Assembly: GCA_000320545.1 (NCBI GenBank) | Contig: ADNK01002940.1 | Coordinates: 1-64,000 of the forward strand | Reading direction: 5' to 3' | Length of the DNA: 64,000 nucleotides | Origin: Bigelowiella natans CCMP2755 | Lineage: Eukaryota; Protista; Cercozoa | In this document: positions 14,096-27,173 of the stretch, piece by piece | Layout: each line of letters opens with the position of its first letter | How positions within the stretch are numbered: the stretch's first letter is position 1 | Notes under the pieces: generated by a model | The model's input: only the letters and a program-made list of their open reading frames with translations | Told to the model about the DNA's origin: nothing | Databases searched by the model: none | Translations under genes and position numbers: made by a program

Positions 14096-15010
14096 ACTTA
14101 GCGCCTGAAACACATCAGACAACATAGAGGAATAAGAAGTCGGGTACTCGTGTCCCTCCTACAACCTCAGAGCGAGCAAGTGGCACCTATGTTGTGGTTG
14201 CTATTCCACCAAATTAGACCTGCTGAATCAACGTCCTCCCCGCACTTGCGCCTGTTTGTTTGGAGGTAGTTTGACTGCGCTTTATTACTTATCTAGTCGC
14301 TATCTACTCAACACAGCATGAATGGCTACAAAAACAATCTGGTCATGTAAGTGTATGCATAAAAGCACGCTGTAAGCGCACCGTAGCAACATGCATACAT
14401 AAATGCTAGTATGGGTGAATGCATCAATATTAAGTACAAAGATTATGCATGCAAGATGGGTATGATAACGCTAGAACGTCACTACGTCGTATGTGTGGCA
14501 CCTCATTGCGTTATTATATATGTCAATGGTGCAATAACACAGAGAAAGCGTCCGACTATGCGCTACATATATATGGGATAGAAACTGCCGGTATTTGCTT
14601 TGTATGCATGAGCATAGCTAGATAGACGGGGACAACATACACGAGCACAGCTGATGACTGCAAATAATGGAAAAACAAAGATAGCAGCAGTAGCACAGCA
14701 CCAGAGCAATAACCACACCGCGCATGCGAACGTTGATATTCGATTTTAACAAACATTCCCGCAAACAGCAGGCCGCACTAGCGCAGAGCAAATAGGGCAA
14801 TGATGATGATGATGCCAGAAACATCATCAATGGCCGTTTACTGCAAAGCAATTGCACCATCTACGCAGCTGCATGTTAAAGGGTGGCGGGTGGCCTCAGA
14901 GCACGTGCATGGGATGGGGAAAAGTATCCTACACAACTACGGGAATGCAATTTCAATATGACTGTTGTGTGTAACTGCAAGGCTGTTGTTACGTGCTCAT
15001 TGGGCTGTTG

Positions 15011-15043
<33 letters not shown>

Positions 15044-15059
15044 GCAGCTTCTTACTCAC

Positions 15060-15459
15060 TCACTCCGGGCTAATACTGTAAAATCTTCTATGACGATATG
15101 CTACTGCACAGGCGCATGCAATACCCACAACTCCTGTCATCGAGGCAGACACCAAGAAAGTTGTCTATTGTGTGTGTATATATATATAATATTTGCATAT
15201 ATTCAATAGGAAATGAGGAATGAGTCATGATGGTGGTGGTGGTGGAAGGTTGCACGTGCTTTGATATGAATCCATATTTATGAGCCAATTGATTCTGTGT
15301 TAAACATGACCATCATCATCATCATCACCATCACCATCATAATAACAACCTGGTAGCATGCTTGTCCAAGACAGCAGTTCTCTCCTTCTTCTTCGTGATA
15401 GCCATATACGTACGATGCCAACCCCACACTGCGTTATGATGATGATTATTATTATTATT

Positions 15460-15492
<33 letters not shown>

Positions 15493-16395
15493 CCACAGCA
15501 CCGCTTGTTACATCAATATGATCAAGATAATAGCCAGAGAGTAGAACAACACATTAAACACACTAGGAAAATCAACCACGACTCATCACCACTTAACACA
15601 TTCTTGCCATCAAGGAGATATACTACTGCTACTACCACTGCTACTACTACTACATAACACAGACGCAATCTGATGGATACCTAAACACAGTGCTTCCAAT
15701 GGCAGGGGCGACGTTCATTACGCTGTAGAGTGATCCAAATGACTTAGACCCATACATTTCCATAACCTTGGGTTTGAGGATTAGGGTTATTAGTGTGTGT
15801 GTGTGTGTGTGTGAGTGTGTATTATCGTTTTGTGTTATTGTTATCGATCGTCGGGCTGAGTCATAGGCTAGCAATAGCATCATGATTAATCTTGCAGTAT
15901 GAGTAGCAGTCTCAATATGGATGATGTTGTTGTTGTTCTTCTACTACCAAACACGGATTGAGACACCAGAATGCGCCATCTATGTTGTGAAATTTACCAA
16001 AAATAAGTAAATGAGGGAGGGAGAGAGAGAGAGAGAGAGAGAGTACAGCAAGAGAACAATATGATGAAGAGAAGAGAAGTAAAAATTGGGGCAAGTATCA
16101 TTATTACGAGTGATTGCTCACAAGAAAAGCAACAGCTATGATGATGATGATACGGTGTGATGACTTGCTCTAATTAGCTCATCATTGTCCTCTTCCTCGT
16201 CGTCGTCGTCTTCTTCTTCTTCTTCTTCTTCTTCTACTGCTAGTTACTACTGGTACTACTTGGAGAACAACTACTACTCACATGCAAATCCACACAACAC
16301 ACATCCAAAGTAGATGCTAATACTGGACCCAAGAGCTGTGGCAATCTGTTATCGTTTGATGCATCATGCATCAACGCTAAGTGTTGGCATGTGTG

Positions 16396-16434
<39 letters not shown>

Positions 16435-17714
16435 TGATGATGGGATGTGATGAGCGTCATCACGTATGGTAAGGATCCCAAAACAACATTATTGACGACG
16501 CCAAACACTACCTACACCATTACATGTACATCTTTGTGATGAGGAGGATGATGATGATGATAAACAATTATCATAACAGCGTGCAGGTGGTCGTATGCGC
16601 TACTACTAATACTACGTACAAACATACCTGGCCGAGATTGTTCAGTGTCATTAATCCAGCACCCGTGCCGCAAAATTGAGCTAGATTAGGATGATAACGA
16701 TGATGGATCACGGCCATGAAAAAAAGGGGGGGGGAGGGTATGGAGAGGAGCATCAACATGTGCACGATAAATAGTAAGAACAACACAGCAGCAGCAGCAT
16801 ATAGCGCATCTATGTATACATATCTTTCTATCTATCATAGTCACGTTCTTCTTTTTGATAATACACTGATATTATTATTACTATTATTATTATTATACTA
16901 CTTCTTACCAGTGAACAATAAGTAGAAGTCTGCTGTCTGGATAGCTTCGCAGAACCCTGCCTCCCTCACAGATACTACTACGACGCCACCACCACCACCA
17001 CCAGAATGTCTTCTAGCGCTACCACTATATTCATAATCATCGTTGTTTCCTCCCCCTCCTGTAGTATCTTCTGCACGACTGCTCTCATATACGTCATCAC
17101 CAATCAAATCGTCGGTTCCTTTCATATCATCATGCCCCCCCAATGCAGCTTGCTCATAAGCACTAGACCTTGACGACGGGTGGAAGAGGAGGAGGGGGGG
17201 GGTGAGGACAAGAGAATATTTACAAATAAAGACTAACAAATTTCGTCGTGATTACAATAAATACACACTCCTCATTACTAACATCATGCTGCACGTACAA
17301 TGCATGCTGCTATTATTATTACTACTACTACTAGTAGTACTAGTACCTCTGATCTGAATCGTCACCAGAATCTGCAGAGAAATGTGCGAGCGACATGGTC
17401 ATAAGAGCGACGATAAAGAGCCCCGAGATACCCACAAATGATGCAGATTCCAAGCTTGTGTATCATATAGAAGAATAGAAGAAGAGGAGGGGGGGAGGTT
17501 GAATTCATGCGGGAGGATAGATATGTGATGATTTGATGATATTGACGATGATATTGCTATGTTGTTGTTGGTAACTAGACTATAAGTAAAGTAGTAGTAA
17601 CAAACCGATGATTTTGCAATGTAGCCTTTGCTTGCCAGCTGTTTTGAATGGCTCCTGCTACTGCCAGCGACACGCACAGTAACCCAACAAGCAAATACCC
17701 TCCCTATAAGTATA

Positions 17715-17791
<77 letters not shown>

Positions 17792-18326
17792 ATATGAATG
17801 ACGACGACGCAAAGTAATAAACCAACATATCGGTGAGTCAGTGAGATGAGAATGATGATGATGATGATGATGATGATAACGACGATGATGACGATAGACA
17901 ACATACCTCCCTCTACCTCCTACCCCCCCCCACCTCCCCCACCACCTTGATAAACTTTCGCTGTGGTTTCGAAATAGGCGTGCGACGATTTTGCGGAATG
18001 AGGTTGAGGAATGACGTTCCAATGGCGACTAGAGATCCGCATGTGATTGCAAAAAACCTACAACATCATCCATCATCATCATGATCATGATCATCATCAT
18101 GATCATCGTCGCCAACAAGAACAACAGCAGCAGATGTGTGGTGACTGTGTGTGGTGAATTCGATAGCATTATTTATTGGTACTACTGCTTTTATTGTAAT
18201 TGGTGTTGTTATTGTTGATGCTGTCTGTTACAGGAGAATCGGCACTCCATCATCTCCACCATTGGAGCTCTTCACAGGGCATGATGAGGACCCATTTTCT
18301 GGTGCAAACTACGCACAGCAGCGCAT

Positions 18327-18371
<45 letters not shown>

Positions 18372-19055
18372 AAGAGGAGGAGGAGGAGGAGGAAGAAGAG
18401 AAGAGTAAATAGTAGCCAGGACTCGGCTTAATATGAGTGATGCGTGGTTAGTTAATATTCATGCTTTTGCTCTTTGCTGATTTGTTGTAATTGTTGTTTG
18501 AAAAGATTGGCCAGGACTAAAACTTCCGCATAAGTCTTCTTCCCAAAAATTAATAAAGTAATAAACTATTAACACTCCGATTTAGACATCGTTGTCTATC
18601 ATCATTACTGTTTCTTCTTCTTCTTCTTCTTCTTCTTTTACTACCACAACTACTGCTGGTGCTGTTGCTGGTGCTATTACTACTAACATTATCATCATAC
18701 CGAGAATGCAATCGAGCCCATGGTGAAAGTCAACAAAGCAGCAGCATAAAACATAGGTCTGCTAATCACGGCCTTGAAACGGTCACTTAAAGAGCTGAGA
18801 GGAGGCACAAAAGTTGTTATTGTTGTTGTTGTTGATGATGATGATGATGATGTATTATTGATGAAGATGATGCTTTTGAGAGCCATGATGTGTATATTCT
18901 TACGTATTATCAAGGTATCAATATGGATCTTTGTCATCATCATCATCATCACCATCATCACATCATCTTTACATTAATCATATCATCATTGCTCTCATGC
19001 GACAGAATCCCCACCACGACACAACGACGACTAATATTATTACTACTTCTATTTT

Positions 19056-19090
<35 letters not shown>

Positions 19091-19250
19091 ATCGTCTTTG
19101 CTAAGTAATCAACCCACCCTGCGCAAATTCTCCCAGCACAATTGGCCACACCGAATATACTGACAAGTGTGGCCCCCAAAACGTTGGTTTTCTTTGCATC
19201 TCCACTAACGTAAAAAGACAGGTACACTTGTGCGAATATAGAACCTGTAA

Positions 19251-19285
<35 letters not shown>

Positions 19286-19461
19286 GCTTGTGCGTAGTAC
19301 ATGATCTCGACGATGGACGAAATGCCGCATGCTCATGGTAAACAGGAGCAGAATGAATCAAATATAATACGCGCTCTCGCCTCTTATTACAGAACCACAA
19401 TACACATATATATGTGTGTTTGGTAATAATAACAACCGGATAATCCAAAGAACGACAATAC

Positions 19462-19495
<34 letters not shown>

Positions 19496-19687
19496 TTGGT
19501 AATAATAATAACAACCGGATAATCCAAAGAACGACTTTAGAATGCCGAGGACTACACCTCTTTCGTGAGGGAAGTTGACTATATTCACTGACACCTGAAA
19601 GACAAGGCAGCAGTTGTATCGTCGATGATAATTAGTATTAACCAACCAACTGACATACATACTACTGCATAATGCCGACTTGGATGC

Positions 19688-19721
<34 letters not shown>

Positions 19722-19942
19722 TCTTCTCCTCCCCCCCCCTCTTTCCCCCAAAAAAGCATATTGTTACTACTATCATTATTATACCGATGCTGCATCAAGC
19801 CATGATCCACCATGCCAAGCTATAAAGAAAGCCACTGCAATAACACTGATAGACGAATGACTGTGCTCAGAAACCTAAAATGATTGAGTGAGTCAGATAA
19901 TATAACATCATATGTGATATAAACAGCTCTTGTTTATTCAAT

Positions 19943-19974
<32 letters not shown>

Positions 19975-20938
19975 TTACCAGGTTCGTAGTTCCTGATGCA
20001 CCCAGAAATGCCATGATATATCCAAATACTACAATGCAACCTCCAATGAAAGCTGTGATCTTAGGGCCATAATAGTCGAAACAAATTCCAGCAGGAACTG
20101 CAAAATATCTGATATATCAGTAAATATTTGGCGTGAAGATTTTGATGAAAACTCTTATTACCATAAATAGTACATATAATCTATACATCGGAATTTCAGA
20201 CTTCATTTGCTACTATGATGTCCTCCCCTAAGAGCTTTCGAAAAGCAGATAATGTATAACATTCTGGGCAGATTTTTGTTTGCGTAATCCCCCCCCCCCC
20301 CGCCACCCCATACAGTTACTCAGATTGACTATAATATATAACATTATAGTGATACATAGTTGAATAAAGTTGTTTTAGATTGTTGTTTCCAGTAGTAGGT
20401 AGGTAGGTAGTAGGTAGTGATCAAAGTAACCCACCCTCCAATGTTGCCGACACTTGAAATGGTGTTGAGCTGTGTTTGGTTAATCCCAAGCGAGTGCTTC
20501 AATTGTGAACTGTAGACTCCGAAGGCATATGCTAACGTGTGTGTGTATGTGTGTGTGTGTGTGTGTGTATGTGTGTGTGTTGTTCGCACGTATGTGTGTA
20601 GGATTATGATGATGATGATGATGGTGTACAATTTAGGATGAACAAATAACAGAAGTTGTTGTTCTTAAAACCTATCATCATCATCAGCATCATGATCATA
20701 ATAAAGATATGCAAATTAAGTCCTCACCAGATCCAGCTGCAAGCTCAACGTATAGCCCCATTGGTATTGTAACCCATCTTGAACCCGCCCATGACTGACA
20801 GCTTCTGCTGTTTTCGCCAAGGCCAATATCATAGACCGCTGTCAAATTCTCCTCCTCCTCCTCCTCCTCCTTATTGCCCCTATTTTCCCATTTCTTGTCG
20901 CGATGATCACCCATATCGTTGTTTACAGCATATTTCAT
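15060..20938 (-). CDS. Nodulin-like/Mch1-type MFS transporter, 18 exons, internally permuted helix order
   Basis: Exons in transcription order: 20938-20728, 20531-20435, 20108-19979, 19874-19785, 19594-19516, 19244-19118, 18794-18701, 18308-18232, 18057-17946, 17703-17606, 17454-17347, 17168-16909, 16680-16628, 16345-16282, 15979-15948, 15766-15681, 15428-15350, 15164-15060. Motifs YAFGVYSSQLK, NFPHERGVVLGILKSFFGLSG, DFYLLF..GTGAGLMTLNNLGQ, EMYGSKSFGSLY, CLGQACY. Confidence 0.9.
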
Positions 20939-22104
20939 TGCAGCGTGTGCGTCACGACAGCCGATCTAAAATACCATATTATTTTCACGTCGAGAATAAA
21001 CCGTGGCAGTTCGGGGGGAAGCAAGTTGCCGATGTAATTTCGATGTACATGTTTTGCTTTTTCTTTCCCTCATTCAAAACACATCATCATCTACTACTAC
21101 TACTACTACTATCCACGATGATTAATTAATACTTAAAGGCAGAAGAGGACCTAAGCCATTTACAAGGAGGCTTCGATACTACGGTTGCTATTAGTTATGT
21201 TGTCGTCCACTGAGTACTTATTCCAATTGCCTGTAGCATAATCATTCAGTGAGAGGTGCTGCCAAATTCGAGGCAGCAGCCGAAGCAATGATAATCGTTG
21301 CAGTAAGCACACAACCGTCATTTCTGTCTGACACTACTACTTCAAATATATACTTTACGTCCAAGCAGGAGGACTAATCTGATTTAAAATAATAAGGGCG
21401 ACGCCAAGCAAACAATTTTCTGCTTGATCTGCACCTTTCCTCTCCCCCTCCTTTCTTCCAAGTACAATGTTGCTCGGCGCCGCGTGTTTCCGAACAAGAG
21501 TACTATTTAGGAGATACGATGGCATTTTAAGAATACGACAACTAAAATACTGTGTATACATTTATTTGCAAGACAGTGGTCATACTTATACTGCGACATG
21601 GCTCTATTTCTTAGATCGTTCATATTTTGTCCATCCAATGTTTCCCTCGTTCTGATGAGTGGACATAACTTTGAACATCAGTTTCGTAAAGGAAAAATCC
21701 TCAGCCCGTCAAGTTCATCCAGAAATGAAGCTGATATTCAGCAAATATTATGCAAAGAATAACTCGGGCGAAAAGATATTTAGAAGAAAAACATACAGCT
21801 CTGATTTGGAGGGAAACTATATTGTTCTGGACAACTTTCCGCTCTAAGATAACTGTGAGTTCCCATCTACGAAAGAAAACAACCAAATAAGGGTGTATTT
21901 CAAACCGTCGTCCTGTCGCAATTCCACAAATGTTATTGTATTTGATGGTTTTTGCCTGTATTTAGATACGCATTAGGGTTTATTTGAACTGAATAACAGA
22001 AGCGAAAGACAAAGCTTGACCCCACACAGTAGACTCCCGTTCCGAATAGCTCTGTCACCATAACGCTTTTAGCAAACGTTCGAAGGAGGTCTGGTAGGGT
22101 TCCC

Positions 22105-23079
22105 ATGCAGGACAATGGACAGTACACATATGTCGAGGACCCGCGCCACCCTGGAGTGTCCGTTCCCCTGAAGAACAAGCTTCGAAAAGCGTAATCCGTA
22201 GTTCTCTTTAGCCAATAGTAATTATTCCACGATTTCTTTTTATACTGTTCAGTTCCAGCAGAAAGAAGCGTGTCAGATGGACCACGGAAGAGGTGAAACA
22301 TGAATCTATGCCCTCCGAACATTTTTGAATAAATTTCTCAACCCTCTCTTCAGGACGACAAGCTGCGGAAGGCTGTCTATCAGCACAAAGGGAAAAATTG
22401 GAAGAAAATAGCGGAGACAGCTTTCAACAACGAAAAAACTGACGTTCAGTGCCTTCATCGGTGGCAGAAGGTGCTGGACCCAAAGTTGGTTAAGGGTCCA
22501 TGGACTAAAGCGGTAGACTCATAAATTCTTGCAGGGGTTAAAAACTTACAATTAAACTAAAACAGGAGGACGAAAAAGTGGTAGAGTTGGTTAAAAAACA
22601 TGGGGCAAAGCAGTGGTCGCTTATTGCAAAGCACCTTCCTGGGCGCATAGGGAAACAATGCCGAGAGAGGTAAATAGAGTTGGACGTTTGGTTAGTACCA
22701 GTTTCTGAGTCATTGAACACCTTCGTAGATGGCACAATCACTTGAATCCCGAAATCAAGAAAACGGCGTGGACTGAAGAAGAAGATAGGATTATCCTCGA
22801 AATCCACAAGCAGATCGGAAATAGATGGGCTGAAATTGCTACGTTTCTACCAGGAAGGTATCTCACTTTCTGTAAAATAATACGAAGAAATTTTTCCTTA
22901 ATATATAACGAATTGCAGGACCGACAACGCAATCAAAAATCATTTCAATTCTTCAATGAAACGAAAATATGGATTGGCTGGAGCCTCATCTAGCTCTTCC
23001 ACAAGGAAACGAAAAAGCTCAAAAAAGAGAGGCGGTGCAGGTGTTACTTCAAAAATTTAAAAAAATCTTTCTCAATCTC

Positions 23080-23166
<87 letters not shown>

Positions 23167-25107
23167 TAGGCAAAAGATCAAAACGCGAGTCTCTTCAGTC
23201 CATTGCAGCTAAGGCTGCTAAGAAAGGGTCTGAAGGAAATGTCATATCGAAAGGTAAATCTTCTACGTTATCGAGAAAGGGCTCAGTATCAGTGCCCTCG
23301 ACAATGGCGCGATCAAGAAACGGCAGAATCAAATCCAATGAAACAAAGACCACAGTATCCTCAAAACAAAAATCGGTTGCTGCTATGCCATATGCTATCA
23401 CCGTGCCTCCAATTTTTGGACCGCACACAATCATTGCCAAAGCTATGCCTTTACCGTTAGCATCCGAGGCGACTGTTGCCTTGGGAAAATATTCCCATCA
23501 CAACCGGCACGCTCTTTCCCACACAAATGTACAAGCAAAACCGCAGCAGGAATCATCGACGTACGCTATTGCCAGCCTTCCCGCTGTGAGCGCAGATTTT
23601 GAAGAAGACACATTCAGTGGATTTGAGAAAGTCTTTAAAGACATTACAAACGAGAAGGTTAGCACTGAAGAGCTTTTGCATCTCTCTCATTCTTCCACGT
23701 CGAGTCATACATCACAGCTCAATTCCATTCTTCGGGGAAGTAATAGGTGAGAATTCACAAACCCACATACTTTGTTTATCGACGATTTAATTTTACTTCT
23801 TTATCGGCAGGGATGGCCAGATGAAAAGTTGGGAGACAAAAGAGTTGGCAAAATCGGGAGTAAAAAATGAATCGAAACAACTTGGTATTCAAATGCGGGT
23901 GACACCTGCTTCGAATTCATCGATTCCTGTAAGCAATACGGTCGGCAACTCTCTTTGTCCGCAGCCATCTTCAAGCAACGAGAAGGTAAATGATAGATGC
24001 TAACATATGAGAGTGATTACAGGTTGAATGAAAGTAGCAAATAGCGAGCAACTAATGTGTTGCAGGTAACTAATCCGTATATGGACGTGTTCAAGCAATC
24101 ACAGAGTTCCCCTCACGTTCTAAAACAGCAGCAGCAGGATGAAGACACGTTTTGGACAGCACATAGCTACTCTTTTTCAAGTCAAAATGCTGCTAATCTG
24201 AAGGAGCCTTTCTTACTCTCTGGATCAAAGCCTCCTCGAACCCCCCGAACATGCACGAAGAAAAATAAATACAGTTTGAATTGCAGTCCACCTCCTGGAG
24301 TATTCCTCTCTGGAGACATATCGAACAGGAGTTCTGAAAGCTTGATGCCAAAGTTGTTTTCGCCCATCCCTGACAAGAAAAATCTTGTGAAGGATCCACT
24401 CTCGAGCATATCTGAGGAAACGAAATCTCTTTTTGGACGCGGATATTTCCACAGCACATCCTCTGTAATTAATAAGAAATCTTCCAAAACAAGCAGAACA
24501 TAACAATTTTCTATTTTTTGCATTTTTTGTAGGGGATAACAAACTCACCAGCACAACAGTTTCAAACTGGGGATTTGCTGAGCCCTCCAACAAAATTGAT
24601 AAGAAAACTAGCCGCATCTCCTTGCTCACCTCCAACTCCTATAACGTCCCCACTTGGAATCTTTACAATGACACAAAATTCTACGTTATCTTCATTAAGA
24701 TCAGTACGAGGAATTTTCGGAAAGGTAAAAAACGAAGTAAAGCTATTCAATTTTTTCTGACTTGAATGATATTCAATTTAAGGATACGAATCAGCATCAC
24801 TCGGGAGACGAATTCATGCTCCATCGAAGACCCGGAAAGCAGCCCAGAGACAAACCAGAGCCGCCATTAGATATGTAAGTCACTAAATCTTTGCTACAAA
24901 AACGTTTAACCAATTCAAAAAAATCATTGTCCCATCAGGATATCTTCAAATAAAGGCTTGTATCCAGAGTCATTATTCTCTCCCGTATCCAAAATAAACG
25001 GACTTACAAAAGCCACTCCAACAAATGTTCCTCGAAGAAATACAATACATCCACAACTCACTCCGGCGCAGTTAACACGAAGATTTGACTCTGCGTTTAT
25101 TCCCTAA
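22105..25107 (+). CDS. MYB3R: Three-repeat MYB (R1R2R3) transcription factor, about 12 exons
   Basis: [113 protein letters not shown]/TP-rich tail; start codon inferred. Confidence 0.92.
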
Positions 25108-25155
25108 TTGGTAACCTCTCCCAATTACTGCAGTAGTATCTTTGGAGACCTCAAG

Positions 25156-25193
<38 letters not shown>

Positions 25194-25299
25194 GAGAAGT
25201 AAACGAATCATATTTTATCATTAATGTCACGCGCCAAAAAATAATAACGTAACACGAACAAATCGCCAAAATAAATCTCCCGTAATGTATGTGCCATTC

Positions 25300-26700
25300 G
25301 ACTGACGTACGTGATTTTCCATAACTGGATAAGTTTTAGCCGTCATTTGCATCATTTGCATCACATGCTAGCATGTAAGTTGATTTGACATTTGCGCCAA
25401 TGTGGGTCAAAATGCACAATTTTGATGCATGGGCAAAAGTGCCTGCCTAACGCCATGATCAAGTCTAGAAGTCTAGAAGTGCGTGACAGGAATGCACAAA
25501 AAGCACAGCTATTAAAGCTAGCATTATGTGGTGTGATCGCTAGATCATGTGCAACAAGCAACGACAGCACTAGACAGCACTAGCGAGCTAGAGCACTAGA
25601 GCACCAGAGCACCAGAGCACATCTAGAAATTTCTAGATTTGTGAAACATATCTAGACATGTCTAGATGTGTCTAGCGGTGTGCGATGCACGCCTGCACGC
25701 CCACGTACCGCCTCTAGCTAGGCTTGAGCTAGCACTAGAGCACTCCACTAGTCTGGAACTTGATCATGCTAGCTAGCTAGCATGCATCTCTAGATCTAGA
25801 CGTACGCACGCGCCACGCGTGCAGATGCACAGAAGCATGCAAACAACGCATGTGTCTAGATGTGTGCAACGCATGCTAGCATGTAACAAGCAACAATGCT
25901 CGACCGCAATTTCTTGACCTAGCGCGCTCTGGAGCCTGGAGCTGCACGTCTGACTAGCTGAGCCCCTCCAGCTAGCTAGCTAGCTAGCCCTGCCGCTGCC
26001 AGTCCAGCAGTGCCAGCACCACTAGACTAGAGCACGCTCGCATGGCAAGTCTAGAGCCACAGCAGAGAGGTCTGCTAGCGGTGCGTGACGCAATGAGCAT
26101 GTAGTTGAGTTGTGTGGTCAAGTTGGATCATGGACCACCATTTCTGTCATTTGGCAAGCACACGAGCGAGCAGGGGGCGGCTTCTGTCGGCATGTAGCGC
26201 GTACCACTACGCGGGCACAAGTCACGTGCGACAACAAAGGGGTTGTCGCGGATATAGAATATAGATAACGTAGATATTAATACAGCATAGGCACGTGGGT
26301 TCCGGCGGGACTCATGGCAGCACACCGGAAGTGTGCTGCCCCACGTGCGGCGGCATTCGCGAAAGCTTCGCGAATGATTACGCAGTGCACGATTTAATAA
26401 AAATATAATCTTTAATAAAAATAAACACAACTCTTCAAAAGGAAGCAAACGTGCCTTTCCCCCCCCCTGCCTACTTGTGCACGTAGCGCCTCGGCCTGTG
26501 AACACCTTACGCGCAACAGGCAGACGTGTCGCAGAAAGTGCATGGCAGCTCTGGAGCCAACGACTTGCTACTAGGCTAGCGCTCCAGAGCTGGACACAAC
26601 TAGACAAGGCAAATTGGTAGGGCACTCCAGCTAGCAGCTTGGATCGCGATCCGATCAATCGCACATCGGCCACAAGCAGCAGGTTGGTTGAGACTGGAAA
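25300..26700. repeat. CTAG/TGCA/CATG-rich degenerate intergenic island
   Basis: Dense GCTAGCTAGC, TCTAGA and GCATGC runs; no credible ORF. Confidence 0.6.
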
Positions 26701-27173
26701 TGCACTTCCTGTCAGGCGGCGCAGGTCAAGGAAGGACCGTAAGATTCATTGTATTTAGAAAGACGTCGGGTAAAAACAACATGCATTTAACAAGTTCTGT
26801 ATTCATGTCGGACCCCAAGAAAGGAGTATGTACCGCTTAACAATACCAACGTTCCGTAATGAGACATAAAAGCACATCGAGTAATGCGTACGGGGATTTT
26901 AGCCTAAAATGACATTTTCTGCCTTCTAAACGTACAAATTGCAGGGAATTTCCTTTCATTTTGATCACAGCAGCACACAATTTTATCCTCATACGGCATA
27001 ATTATTTATGAAATTGATCTTACGACAAGCTAGATACCATGTCGCATCGTAGGAACACTGTGCATTTTGGCACTTTTTGCAACTGGCACGGATCCATAGA
27101 TTCTGTACCCCCTCTCGCAACGAAACCCAAATCCCAAAGACATTTGAGACTGCCTCCTACTACATTGTGCATT

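Noticed and set aside
18260-18282. 12-mer matches of the MFS linker to sites near 6095 and 7480, hinting at wider scrambling
   Set aside because: 12-mer matches are common in 64 kb, and no reading-frame repair follows from them.
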